From: an uncultured Nitrososphaerota archaeon
GTDB lineage: Archaea > Thermoproteota > Methanomethylicia > Methanomethylicales > Methanomethylicaceae
Length of the DNA stretch: 55,430 nucleotides
Reading direction: 5' to 3'
Assembly: GCA_964477685.1 (NCBI GenBank)
Contig: CAYZHK010000002.1
Coordinates: forward strand, 1 to 55,430
How positions within the stretch are numbered: the stretch's first letter is position 1; each line of letters begins with the position of its first letter. The position numbers and the translations under genes were made by a program. Shown here piece by piece: positions 45,494-55,062 of the stretch. Below the pieces are notes generated by a model. The model saw only the letters and a program-made list of their open reading frames with translations. It did no database searches and was not told the DNA's origin.

Positions 45494-46381
45494 TTAAATA
45501 GCGTTGGAGCCGGGGACGCCGGAAGTCTCGACCATCGCCGCGAATTCCTCGAAGGTCACCCTTCCGCCGTTCTTGAGCTTGACGTTCGCCTTCTCAGCCA
45601 GCTCCGATTTCTTGCTCATGATCAGCTTTGCCTGCTCCGCCAGCTGTTCGGCCTTCTGCTGCTCCATTTGGTTCTTGGCCACCTTGAACTGGGCGTTGGC
45701 CACAAAGAGCTCGTCCTTGGCCTTGTCGATCTCCTCCCTCAGCCCCTGCATGACCTTCCTGCTAGCATCGAGCTCGGAGACCAGGGCCGACCTCTCCTCA
45801 TAGCCCTTTATCAGGGATTCGTGGTAGCCCTTGGACTCGTCCGCCAGGGCAATGACCTCGTTGTGGGTGGCATTTGCCTGGTTCCTCAGATCGTCAAACC
45901 TAGCTCGCTTGCGGCCTATCTCCTGGTCGACATCCTTCACCTTCTTGAAGTAGACAAGCCGCCTCTCCAGCTCCGATATCTTCTGGACCGCCCTCCGGTC
46001 CTCATCCAGGGAAAGGGTAGTCGTCTGGTAGCGCCAGCTGATCTCCTTCAGCTGCACCATCAGCTCGTCCTCGTGGTAGTCCACGTTGGAGAGGATTGTT
46101 CTTCTCTTTTCCAGGAGCTCCTTTATCTTCTCGGAGATCTCGGCCCTCTCTGCATGGAGGCGGTCCCTAAGGGCCTTCTTCTCCGCAATGAGTTTGTTCT
46201 TCTCGTCCCTGGCGGCCCTGTTGGTCTCAATCGACTTGCGGATTTCTTCGAGCCGCGTCAGGATTTCAGATTTTCTCTTCCTCAGCCTGTCCAATTTTTG
46301 GTAGTTAATGTCAATCTGCTCTTGAAGGTTCCTCATACTACGCGTTGCATTGCCAAGGTTTGGATGCGTATCTTCCATCAA
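45494..46381 (-). CDS. Archaeal coiled-coil protein (COG1340-like)
   Basis: 295 aa, almost entirely heptad-like E/K/R/L-rich helix. Confidence 0.6.
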   Translation of the reverse strand: MMEDTHPNLGNATRSMRNLQEQIDINYQKLDRLRKRKSEILTRLEEIRKSIETNRAARDEKNKLIAEKKALRDRLHAERAEISEKIKELLEKRRTILSNVDYHEDELMVQLKEISWRYQTTTLSLDEDRRAVQKISELERRLVYFKKVKDVDQEIGRKRARFDDLRNQANATHNEVIALADESKGYHESLIKGYEERSALVSELDASRKVMQGLREEIDKAKDELFVANAQFKVAKNQMEQQKAEQLAEQAKLIMSKKSELAEKANVKLKNGGRVTFEEFAAMVETSGVPGSNAI

Positions 46382-46398
46382 TCTATCACCATTGAAAG

Positions 46399-47160
46399 TT
46401 ACGGATCTTCACTGCTTGTGTGTATGCGCTGCAACTGGGCATGCAAGCTGTCCAGTCCCTCTCCAGTATTCGAGGACGTAAATATAAACTCTCCGAGGGC
46501 GCCCACATCCAGAAGGCTGTCCAACATGCGCTGTGACATTTCGTTGGCGGAGTCGGTTTTTTCGTCGAGGAAGGCTTCCCTGAGGGTCTCTGGGTCACTG
46601 GTCCACAAAATTGCCCGATCGTAGATCTCCTTTGGCAGCAGGTCGACCTTGGAGACGCAGTTCACCTGGGGGGCCCTGAACCGCATGGCTATGGAGTAGG
46701 AAAGGAGGAGTATGGATACGAAATCAGAGGCCTTGTTTAAAAAGAGCGAGTCGGCCAGGAAGACGAGGGACTTGTCACTGCCCGAAAGGGCGTTGGTGAG
46801 GTAGGTTCCCGAACTCCTGTAGGCGAAGAGCTCCATCTGCCCCGGCGTGTCAACGATGACCGCGTCGGGGCGCAGCTTTTCGAGTTCGTCCCTCATGGAG
46901 TCGACATGGTTCACGGCAGCATCGACGCTGGCCACCAGCGCGCCATTGGGGCCGAGCCTGAACTCCTGGACAAGCTTCGCATAGTCAACATAGTCCCTTA
47001 TGTCCACGTCGGGGGCATAGGGGAGCCACTGCACGCCCGGGTCTAGGTTGAGCATTGCAACCTCGACCTCCGAAGCCCTCAACCTCTCGGCAAGGGAGAG
47101 CGCCAGGGTGGACTTGCCGGACCCTGCCGTTCCCATCAGATAGGTGAAGTACATGGTCAT
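46399..47160 (-). CDS. GPN-loop GTPase
   Basis: Start MTMYFTYLMGTAGSGKST (P-loop), LNLDPG, GPNGALV (GPN motif). ATGA overlap with the upstream gene. Confidence 0.85.
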   Translation of the reverse strand: MTMYFTYLMGTAGSGKSTLALSLAERLRASEVEVAMLNLDPGVQWLPYAPDVDIRDYVDYAKLVQEFRLGPNGALVASVDAAVNHVDSMRDELEKLRPDAVIVDTPGQMELFAYRSSGTYLTNALSGSDKSLVFLADSLFLNKASDFVSILLLSYSIAMRFRAPQVNCVSKVDLLPKEIYDRAILWTSDPETLREAFLDEKTDSANEMSQRMLDSLLDVGALGEFIFTSSNTGEGLDSLHAQLQRIHTSSEDP

Positions 47161-47951
47161 CCCCTTCCTATGCGCCCTCTGTGGCGCCTTACAAGGGCTG
47201 CGAAAGAGCTTCTGGCGGAGCTCAATTGCCTGGACATGGCAGCCCTGTCCTTGCCAGCAATGGAGAGGTGGACGAGGATCGTTGGCTTCCCCTCGCCTCC
47301 GGAAGGGTGCGATTTGAGGTAGACCCCCCTTCCCCTGGGGCCCCATTCATCGATCAGCGGAGCAAGAGAGGACTCAGGCATCCCCTCCACCAGCAGGGTC
47401 GTCTCGAGAAATGAGGCAGGCCCCGCCCTCTCCCTCAGCACCCTTGATACCCATGAGTCGAACATGCGGGTCATCTCTCCGGGGACGCCGGGCAGGCAGA
47501 AAATCATTGCCCCCGCTGACTCCATGAATATCCCCGGGGCGGTGCCCGTTTCGTTCGGGATCGGTGTGGAGCCGGGGGGCATCATGGCCATCTTGGCCCT
47601 TGCAGGGGTCATCTCCAGGCCGATGGACCGATATCTTGCCGCCACCTGCTCCAAGGCCACCCTGTTGGTTTCCTTAGGGAGGTGGAGGGCAGATGATAGG
47701 CCGTCGGCAGTGAGGTCGTCATAGGTCGGACCGAGGCCGCCGGTGGTCAGCAGGACATCGGGACGCCTCTGCAGGGAATCGGCGATTGCGCCCGAGATCT
47801 GGTTGATGGTATCCGTGACAACGGTTATCCTCTCCACGGAGATGCCCAGGGAGGTCAGCTGGCCGGCTATCCATGATGCGTTGGTGTTTATCGTCTTTCC
47901 TATGAGAAGTTCCCGACCTAAGGTAAGGATCTCTGCCCGAATGGTCAACAC
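47157..47951 (-). CDS. CinA-like MoCF-binding domain protein
   Basis: AEILTLGRELLIGKTINTNASWIA and LLTTGGLGPTYDDLT. Confidence 0.8.
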   Translation of the reverse strand: MLTIRAEILTLGRELLIGKTINTNASWIAGQLTSLGISVERITVVTDTINQISGAIADSLQRRPDVLLTTGGLGPTYDDLTADGLSSALHLPKETNRVALEQVAARYRSIGLEMTPARAKMAMMPPGSTPIPNETGTAPGIFMESAGAMIFCLPGVPGEMTRMFDSWVSRVLRERAGPASFLETTLLVEGMPESSLAPLIDEWGPRGRGVYLKSHPSGGEGKPTILVHLSIAGKDRAAMSRQLSSARSSFAALVRRHRGRIGRG

Positions 47952-47957
47952 CAGGCC

Positions 47958-48161
47958 CTACTTCTTGTTGGACCACCATTTGAGGTAGTCCTTCTTCTGG
48001 CGCTCCTTTTCCTCAGTCGGGTCATTCTTCGAGATTTTCAGCCGGATGTCGTCGATCTCGTCCCTGGTAACTGCCAGTCCGCAGCTCAGGCAGACATACC
48101 TCTTATGGTTTGGATCAAACCTGAGATTTCCGCCGCATTCTGGACAGGCACTCATGGCCAA
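47958..48161 (-). CDS. Small zinc-ribbon protein (67 aa)
   Basis: CPECGG...CLSCG followed by a basic/charged tail. Confidence 0.5.
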   Translation of the reverse strand: MAMSACPECGGNLRFDPNHKRYVCLSCGLAVTRDEIDDIRLKISKNDPTEEKERQKKDYLKWWSNKK

Positions 48162-48225
48162 ACCTCATTCCCTAATCAAGAACCTTCCATTAATAAACCT
48201 AACAGCGGGGCTGTTCCCAACGGGT

Positions 48226-49272
48226 TCAGGTTATGACATTCTCCAATCCTGCATCCAGGGCGATCTTCATGGCCGTCTGCCATTCGCGGTGGGTGAGCCT
48301 CCTGTTCAGCCCCGGTAACTCCCTTGCCCTCCAGTGCGGAGTGTACTGCCTCATGAGGTTGACCCGGGTATTCCTGCCCAGCCTTCTCGCAATGAATTCA
48401 ACAATGCGTGGAAGGCAGCACTCCAGATGCCCTGGGAGGACCAGGATCCGGACGAGGAGTTCGGCGTCCTCCTTTGCCAAGAGGAGATTGCGGGTCAGGG
48501 TATCCCAATAGCGGGAGGCATCGGAGGTTGCCTCGGCGCAATGGTCGGACCCGTACTTGAAATCAATCTTGTAGACATCCACAACCCCCCTGAGGAGGGT
48601 CGCCGCCTCGAGGGAGTGGTAGCCATTGGTGTTGAAGAAAACAGGGGTGCTCTCCACCTCGTGCAGGAGAACCTTGAGCCAGAATGGGATATGGGGTATC
48701 GGGTCTCCCCCGACCCAGTTCTGGTTCCTGCAGCCCTCTCTCCTGGCGGCGTCGATCATCGCCGCCACCTCTTCTGGGGAGAGGGCCTCTCCCCTGTCGA
48801 GCTGCTGGCTGATGGTCCAGTTCTGGCAGTGGAGGCACCTGAGGTTGCAGCCCAGGCTAATTCGGCCGGCTCAGAGGCCGCATACCGTGAAGCTGGGCAC
48901 TATCTCAGGCTCCTCCCCCAAGTGGACAAAGGATGAGGAGATGCGCATGCCATCACCCAGCCGGCAATATCCAAGCCGGCCACCGGCACGGTCAACCCCG
49001 CACCTCCTCTCGCAGAGGCAGCATTTCCTCATTATCCTGCTGCCCAAGAGTATCTTCAGGTGGAGCAGCGAGCGGCAGGGCTTTGGAGGGACGGCCAGGG
49101 TTTCCTTCTCATCCATGGCTTCCATCACCCGACGTTCTTTCTCAAGGGCGCGCTCATGCTCCCGGAAGAGGTCTTCATCGGAGAACCCATCTGAAAATGA
49201 GGCCTCTGCCAACCTTGCCAAGGTATACCTGGCGGGGAGCTGCCCCTTGACAACCTTCACATAGCGGGGCAT
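48226..49272 (-). pseudogene. PflX-like radical SAM protein interrupted by one in-frame TGA (48871-48873)
   Basis: The two track ORFs are in the same frame (645 nt apart). The N-part carries CCLCERRCGVDRAGGRLGYC and HLGEEPEI. Directly after the TGA comes AGRISLGCNLRCLHCQNW (Cx3Cx2C), then the C-part. Confidence 0.7.
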
Positions 49273-49351
49273 TGCGCGCAGAACCGCTGGATTTTCCAGC
49301 GCCCCGGTTGCGTCAGGTCTAGCGATTCCCCAGATCTTTATCACCTCCCCT

Positions 49352-50344
49352 TCAGACCACAAGGTTGAGCCTTTTACCGCAGAATTCGCAGCGATTCCCA
49401 TTGAGGTGCATGGATGATACGCCCATTCCAACCCTATCGATCACAACTTTCCCGCATTGGGGGCAGATTGTGTTGCTGTAGCGCCCGTCCAGGACGTTCC
49501 CCAGGTAGACATGCCTCATGCCCGCACCCCTTGCCTGCTTCCACAGCTCCACCAGGCGGCCCATGGAGAGGTCGTCGGGACCCGTGTACCTGTAGCTGCT
49601 GAAGAAGCGGAGGATGTGGAAGGGAACCTCGTCCCCAAGGTTCTCAATGACCCATCTTACCAGCTTTGAAAAGGCGTCGGCCGAGTCACCTGCGCCAGGG
49701 ACGATGAGGTTAGTTATCTCAATGAAGATTCCCTGTTCCTTCATGGAAAGGAGGGCTTCGTAGATCGGTCCGACGTCAATGGTGCCGCAGAAGTGCCTAT
49801 AGAACTCTGGGTTGCCGCTCCCCTTGAAATCCACGGTGGCTGCATCGAGGTAGCCGTTTATGGTTTTTACTGCCTCGGGCGTCATGTAGCCGTTCGTCAC
49901 AAATGTGTTTAGGATTCCCTCCCGGTGGGCAAGCCTGGCGGTGTCATAGGCATACTCGAAGAAGATGGTGGGCTCGGTGTAGGTGTAGCTGATGGACCTG
50001 CAGCCCATGGATTTTGCCATGGAGACCAGGCGCTCGGGGGGCATCTCGTCCCCAGCAATATCGGCTTCCTGGCTGATGCTCCAGTTGTCGCAAAAGACGC
50101 AGCGGAAATTGCAGCCCACAGTGGCGACGGAGAAGGCTGTGGAGCCGGGGTGGAAATGGTAGAGGGGCTTCTTCTCGATGGGGTCGACGGCGTAGGACGC
50201 AGCTCTCCCATAGACCAGGGTGTGGAGAACCCCTCCCCTGTTTTCCCGCACCATGCACCTTCCCTTCCTGCCGGACTGGATCACGCACCTCCATCCGCAG
50301 AGGTTGCACTTCACGGCTGCCGAGGGCAGCCGCTCCCACAGCAT
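49352..50344 (-). CDS. Radical SAM enzyme, AmmeMemoRadiSam/PflA-like
   Basis: N-terminal CNLCGWRC, DPIEKKPLYHF, radical SAM motif GCNFRCVFCDNW, and a C-terminal Zn ribbon CPQCG...CEFCG. Confidence 0.8.
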   Translation of the reverse strand: MLWERLPSAAVKCNLCGWRCVIQSGRKGRCMVRENRGGVLHTLVYGRAASYAVDPIEKKPLYHFHPGSTAFSVATVGCNFRCVFCDNWSISQEADIAGDEMPPERLVSMAKSMGCRSISYTYTEPTIFFEYAYDTARLAHREGILNTFVTNGYMTPEAVKTINGYLDAATVDFKGSGNPEFYRHFCGTIDVGPIYEALLSMKEQGIFIEITNLIVPGAGDSADAFSKLVRWVIENLGDEVPFHILRFFSSYRYTGPDDLSMGRLVELWKQARGAGMRHVYLGNVLDGRYSNTICPQCGKVVIDRVGMGVSSMHLNGNRCEFCGKRLNLVV

Positions 50345-50415
50345 GGCTTCCAGAGGCTGTCACCCATAAATTCTTAAGAAAACGACTGTGATAAGAGTTT
50401 TTGAGGTTTTATGGA

Positions 50416-51285
50416 ATGATAGTTGTTCCAGGGCCTTCCTCGCCAAGGCTTGGCAGGGGTGTGGCAGATATACTGGGGGCCAAGGTCGTCCCTGTCGAAT
50501 ATAAGAACTTCCCAGATGGTGAATCGTACGTTAGGGTCACGGAAAGCGTGAAGGGCGAGGCGGTGACCCTCGTGCAGACAACCTACCCACAGCCGGACAA
50601 GCGGCTGGTTGAACTCCTCCTCCTGATTGACGCCCTGCGGGACCTGGAAGCGGCTGCCATAAAGGTGGTCGTGCCCTATATGGCCTATGCAAGGCAGGAC
50701 ACCAGGTTCAGGGAAGGGGAGGCCGTCAGCATCAGGGCCCTCTTCAGGACCATCGAAGGTGCCGGCTGCGATGAGTTCTACACCATAGACCTCCACAAGG
50801 AATCTTCCCTGGAGGCCTTCAGAGTTAAGGCGAAGAACATCTACGCCTCGGAGGCCATCGCCTCGCACCTCAGGGGGATGGGGCTGATGGAGCCCTACAT
50901 CCTCTCCCCGGACAAGGGAGCCATCAACATCGCGAAGCGGGTTGCGGATCTGCTTGGCGCCGAGTATGGGCATTTCGAGAAGACGAGAGACAGGATAACC
51001 GGAGCCATAAGCGTTAGGGGAGAGCGTATAGAGGCCAAGGGCAGACCTGTTGTCATAACGGACGACCTGATCAGCACAGGAGGCACCATAGCCAATGCTG
51101 CCAAGCTCGTCAAGGAGGCAGGCGCCGAGAGGGTTGTAGCCGTCTGCACCCATCCGCTGCTTGTGGCAGGCGCCTACGACAGGATGAAGGCATCGGGGGT
51201 GGACGAGATTCTTGGGACCGATACCATTGAGGGGGATGTCAGCAGGATCTCCGTAGCCCCCCTCATAGCAAGGGAGTTCAGGTAG
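50416..51285 (+). CDS. prs: Ribose-phosphate pyrophosphokinase
   Basis: PYMAYARQD and the PRPP loop VVITDDLISTGGT. Confidence 0.95.
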   Translation: MIVVPGPSSPRLGRGVADILGAKVVPVEYKNFPDGESYVRVTESVKGEAVTLVQTTYPQPDKRLVELLLLIDALRDLEAAAIKVVVPYMAYARQDTRFREGEAVSIRALFRTIEGAGCDEFYTIDLHKESSLEAFRVKAKNIYASEAIASHLRGMGLMEPYILSPDKGAINIAKRVADLLGAEYGHFEKTRDRITGAISVRGERIEAKGRPVVITDDLISTGGTIANAAKLVKEAGAERVVAVCTHPLLVAGAYDRMKASGVDEILGTDTIEGDVSRISVAPLIAREFR

Positions 51286-51286
51286 C

Positions 51287-52330
51287 TTGAGGAAAGGGGC
51301 CTTCGTGGGGAAGGTTGCGCTTCTCCTCTCGGGAGAACATCCTACGCTGCCCCGCTCCGAAGCATTGGCCATCCTGGGGGCGGAGGGGATACCCCATCGA
51401 GGGCTGGAAGAGCACGACCAGCTTCTTCTCCTTGAAGCGGGCAGGGGATATGGGCAAGCCCTGGAAGCCAGATCCGCCTTCACCATGGAGGGGGGCGGGC
51501 ATGTGCTATCCTCAGCATTGGACTACAGGGCAATTTCGGCGTTGGTTGATGGCGCCGACTGGGGGTTCCTGAGAGGGAGGAGCTTTGGCGTCAAGGTGAC
51601 AAGGGTCAAGGAGCACTGCCCTGGGCTGGATACCCAAAGGCTGCAGGGGGAGGTTGGCCATGCCATAAGGGAGAAGACAGACTCCACCGTCGACCTGCGG
51701 GACCCGGACGTCTGGATGCGCGGGATCATAACCGATGGCGGTTTCTTCCTCTTCGCCCGGGATTTCGCCACCGACAGGACCGCCTTTGCCAAACGCAGGC
51801 CCAAGTCCAGACCATTTTTCCATCCGGGCGTGCTGGAGCCCAAGCTGGGGAGGGCGTTCGTAAACCTGAGCCGGGTTAGGGGAGGGGATGTATTTTTTGA
51901 CCCCTTCTGCGGCACCGGGGGGTTCCTGATCGAGGCGGGACTGATGGGAATCAGGGCCGTGGGGATGGACCTGGATGCAAGCATGGTGAGGGGGGCCAGG
52001 AGGAATCTCGCCCATTGCGGCATCGGGGCGGAGTTCATCCATGGGGATGCCCGGCAGATCCCCCTGCAGAGGGCGGACGGCATAGCCACGGACCCGCCCT
52101 ACGGACGGGGAACTTCCACCATGGGGAGTGACGTGAGGCAGATCCTGGCGGATTTTCTTTCGGAGGCGTCCTGTCTGCTGGAAAGAGGGAAGATCATCTG
52201 CACCGCGGCGCCGATTGAGCTCAAGCCCTCCCTCCTTGCGGGAAGGTCAGGATTCGATGTAAAGGAGGAGCACCACATGAGGGTTCATAAGTCCCTGACG
52301 AGGTCTATAGTAGTGGCGGAGAGGTCGTAG
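51287..52330 (+). CDS. trm11: tRNA (guanine10-N2)-methyltransferase, THUMP plus class I MTase (Trm11/TrmG10-like)
   Basis: FDPFCGTGGFLIEAG and ATDPPYG. TTG at 51287 or GTG at 51304 as start. Confidence 0.8.
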   Translation: MRKGAFVGKVALLLSGEHPTLPRSEALAILGAEGIPHRGLEEHDQLLLLEAGRGYGQALEARSAFTMEGGGHVLSSALDYRAISALVDGADWGFLRGRSFGVKVTRVKEHCPGLDTQRLQGEVGHAIREKTDSTVDLRDPDVWMRGIITDGGFFLFARDFATDRTAFAKRRPKSRPFFHPGVLEPKLGRAFVNLSRVRGGDVFFDPFCGTGGFLIEAGLMGIRAVGMDLDASMVRGARRNLAHCGIGAEFIHGDARQIPLQRADGIATDPPYGRGTSTMGSDVRQILADFLSEASCLLERGKIICTAAPIELKPSLLAGRSGFDVKEEHHMRVHKSLTRSIVVAERS

Positions 52331-52331
52331 G

Positions 52332-53237
52332 ATGAAGATCACGTTCCTTGGCACGGCTGCAGGCCTGCCCACGGCCGAGAGGGGGCTGCCGGCCGTACTG
52401 GTTGAAGTGGAAGGGGAGTACATACTCTTCGACTGCGGGGAAGGGACTCAGAGGCAGATGGCGAAGGCCGGCTTCAGCCTAGGGAAGAGGATGAACGTCT
52501 TCATATCCCACCTTCATGGCGACCACGTGTTCGGCCTGCCTGGCATGATACAGACAATGAACCTCCTCAACAGGGTGCATCCCCTGCACATATTCGGCCC
52601 TCCGGGTCTCTGTAAATTCATCCAGTCCACCACGGTGTCAACCATGTCGGAGCCTACCTTCCAGCTCGCTGTGGAGGAGGCCTCTCAGGGGGAGGTGTTC
52701 AGCTGCAAGAACTATCGGGTGGAGGGGGCCTGGGCGGAGCATTCCAGAGCCAACATCGCATACCGCTTGACCGTCGGTGGGAGCCGTGGCACCTTCATGC
52801 CCAAGAAGGCCAGGAGGCTCGGCGTGCCGGAAGGGCCCCTGTGGAGCCGACTGAAGGGAGGGGAAAGTGTCAGGCTGGAGGACGGCAGGGTCGTGGAGGC
52901 GGCTGAGGTGCTGGGTGAGCCGATGCCCGGCAGGGTCGTCGTCTACAGCGGCGACACGCGCCCCTCAGAGGCTGTGGCCAGGCTTGCCAAGGGGGCAGAC
53001 ATTCTGATCCACGAGGCGACGCTCTCGGAGGCCCTGCTGGCTGCCGCGGAGAGGGACGGCCACTCCACGGCCAGTGGTGTGGCCAAGATGGCTGCCGATG
53101 CAGGGGTTGGGAGGCTCATACTGACCCACATCAGCGCTCGCTACAAGGACCCGGCTGTCCTCCTTGCGAAGGCGAGGCGGTTCTTCCCGAAGGCAGAGGT
53201 GGCAGAGGATCTGGCTTCCTACGAGCTGAAGATCTGA
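52332..53237 (+). CDS. rnz: Ribonuclease Z
   Basis: MKITFLGT, LFDCGEGTQRQM, ISHLHGDHVFGLPG. Confidence 0.95.
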   Translation: MKITFLGTAAGLPTAERGLPAVLVEVEGEYILFDCGEGTQRQMAKAGFSLGKRMNVFISHLHGDHVFGLPGMIQTMNLLNRVHPLHIFGPPGLCKFIQSTTVSTMSEPTFQLAVEEASQGEVFSCKNYRVEGAWAEHSRANIAYRLTVGGSRGTFMPKKARRLGVPEGPLWSRLKGGESVRLEDGRVVEAAEVLGEPMPGRVVVYSGDTRPSEAVARLAKGADILIHEATLSEALLAAAERDGHSTASGVAKMAADAGVGRLILTHISARYKDPAVLLAKARRFFPKAEVAEDLASYELKI

Positions 53238-53998
53238 CGGGCCCTTGAATAAGATTGAAGCGCGTCGCTCAGGCTGTTGGCCTCTATCACGCCCGTCAGG
53301 CTTCCCATGTCGAGGCTCCTTTTCAGGAAGCCCCAGTCAATGGTCCCCTTCCCAACGACGAGGTGCTCATCGTCATTGCCTCTGTTGTCGTGGAGGTGGA
53401 CATGGGCTATCCTGTTGCCCATATCCCTGATATAGTTCTCCAGCTGGGAGGTGGTGTTTGCGTGGCCGACATCCAAAGTCATCTGGAGGGGGAGGCCCTC
53501 GCCTATGAGCTCCAGGAATTCTGATGACTTCTCAAGAAGGAAAGAGTGGTTGCCGGGCATGTTCTCGACCCCGACCTTGACCCCACTGGCCTCGGCATGG
53601 TTCAGGATCTCCCTCAGCGATTCGCGGTTGAAGCCCCAATGGATCCCGGGGTACAGGAAATCCAGCGGCGTCCTGACGCCTGGATGCACAACGACGAGCT
53701 CTGCCCCCATCAGTGCGGCATTGTCCACGGACCGGATAACCTGGCGGATGGACTCAGCCCTGAAGGCCCGGGTGGAGGAGGCGATGTTCATGTCAAGGAT
53801 CGGAGAGTGGATGGTGAGCCTCACATCATACGAGTCGGTGAGCTCCTCGACCTTCCTCATGCGGGTAGGGTTGAGCCGGTCTTTATACTCCTCGAGGATC
53901 TCCAGGACGTCGATCCCCAGTTCCAGGAGCCGCCCCATCTCGCTGTAGGTTCTCCCGATGGTGCAGAGCGTCGAGATACCCAGAGGCATTTCAATCAA
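53219..53998 (-). CDS. Sugar phosphate isomerase/epimerase (xylose isomerase-like TIM barrel)
   Basis: VVVHPG, VGVENMPG, LDVGHAN, HVHLHDN. Confidence 0.8.
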   Translation of the reverse strand: MIEMPLGISTLCTIGRTYSEMGRLLELGIDVLEILEEYKDRLNPTRMRKVEELTDSYDVRLTIHSPILDMNIASSTRAFRAESIRQVIRSVDNAALMGAELVVVHPGVRTPLDFLYPGIHWGFNRESLREILNHAEASGVKVGVENMPGNHSFLLEKSSEFLELIGEGLPLQMTLDVGHANTTSQLENYIRDMGNRIAHVHLHDNRGNDDEHLVVGKGTIDWGFLKRSLDMGSLTGVIEANSLSDALQSYSRARQIFSS

Positions 53999-54404
53999 CG
54001 GGAATCCCGTCTACTGTCCTTGTGGCAAGCCATTCTATTAATGAGTATGGGTCGTCATCGGTTATGCAGAAGGTGATAGGCCCCATCGGGGATTCCCCGG
54101 TCGGTCTACAGAAGGAGGCGTGCCCTGCGAAGGCCACCTGCTTGTTCATGCAGAAGGTCACCGTGCCGCCCTCCATGCCCCTGTGGATCATCTTCCTTGC
54201 GGCGTCCAGTATCCTCTCCCTCCGGAGCAGCGTCCTCAGGTTGGAGAGGAGCCCTCTGTCGCCCTCCTGGACGAGCAGCACCCGCCTCCCCTCCTTCGAC
54301 CTTCGGAAAACGCTCGAGCTGGTGAGGTTCGTGACGGCGGCTCTGACCTTCGCCTCGTCTTCCGTGGGGTTAACCTCTGCCCTAACGAGCACTGTCGTCG
54401 GCAT
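53991..54404 (-). CDS. UPF0201 family protein (COG1931)
   Basis: 137 aa. VRAEVNPTEDEAKV and FCMNKQVAFAG resemble UPF0201, and it sits in the usual pairing with a UPF0200 kinase-like gene. Confidence 0.7.
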   Translation of the reverse strand: MPTTVLVRAEVNPTEDEAKVRAAVTNLTSSSVFRRSKEGRRVLLVQEGDRGLLSNLRTLLRRERILDAARKMIHRGMEGGTVTFCMNKQVAFAGHASFCRPTGESPMGPITFCITDDDPYSLIEWLATRTVDGIPVD

Positions 54405-54948
54405 TTTTCATCACCCTCAACAGCTTCATGGCAGACCGCCTCAAGTTCCCCACAGGTCCCTCGTTGACGAGCATGGTATCGGCAAGGGCGATCACCGAGC
54501 CGATTCCGACGCGCAGTTCCCTGGAGTCGCGCTTCCTGAAGGTCTCATAGTCCTTGGGGTCGTCGGGCCTCCCCCTTCGGAGGAGGCGCTGGTACCTCGA
54601 GGCGGGGGAGGCGTGGACTGCAATCAGAAAGACGGGGGCATTCTTCTGGAAGAAGTGGAGCTCGTCGAGGCTCCTTACTCCTTCGATCAGGGAAGGCCCT
54701 CCCTTCTGCGCCCTGGAGAGGCACCTCTTGGCCACCACGTCCTTTCCCTCCTCGCGCCTGAGGCACAACATCAGGGCACCCAGGGACTTCGGAGATTCCT
54801 CAATGCCCCTGGATCTTGCCGCCTCCCGGACAACCTCCCCCATGGCGATGACACGGTATCCGGTTTTGGCAGCCTGCCCCGCCACTATGGATTTTCCGGA
54901 CCCTGGCATGCCGGTGATGCAGATGATCAAGATTATACCCCGGCCCAA
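54382..54948 (-). CDS. UPF0200 nucleotide-kinase-like protein (dephospho-CoA kinase-like fold)
   Basis: ICITGMPGSGKS (P-loop), IEGVRSLDELHFF, AVHASPASRYQRLLRRGRPDDP, GIGSVIALADTMLVNEG. Confidence 0.8.
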   Translation of the reverse strand: MGRGIILIICITGMPGSGKSIVAGQAAKTGYRVIAMGEVVREAARSRGIEESPKSLGALMLCLRREEGKDVVAKRCLSRAQKGGPSLIEGVRSLDELHFFQKNAPVFLIAVHASPASRYQRLLRRGRPDDPKDYETFRKRDSRELRVGIGSVIALADTMLVNEGPVGNLRRSAMKLLRVMKNADDSAR

Positions 54949-55062
54949 TGCTGGATAGTATAAGTTAATGGTAGGGCATTAAAATATATTCGGATGGCAG
55001 GATCGCCCACCGATGCGCTATTTTATTAGTTGGGGGAATAGCGGTTTATCTGGGTGGCCTGG

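Noticed and set aside
48871-48873. Reading the in-frame TGA of the radical SAM gene as selenocysteine (CxxU) or as a genetic-code reassignment.
   Set aside because: Many genes in the window terminate with TGA at the expected positions (radA, atpF, the Mrp genes, gar1), so TGA is a normal stop here. I saw no SECIS-like structure in the 3' spacer. The idea is kept only as a low-probability alternative in the finding.
50374-51486. A 370-aa minus-strand ORF antisense to prs and the trm11 start; likewise 42947-43759 antisense to pepQ/uppS and 40258-41040 antisense to hypE.
   Set aside because: Each overlaps a clearly recognisable gene on the other strand and shows no motifs. These are GC-rich antisense artefacts.
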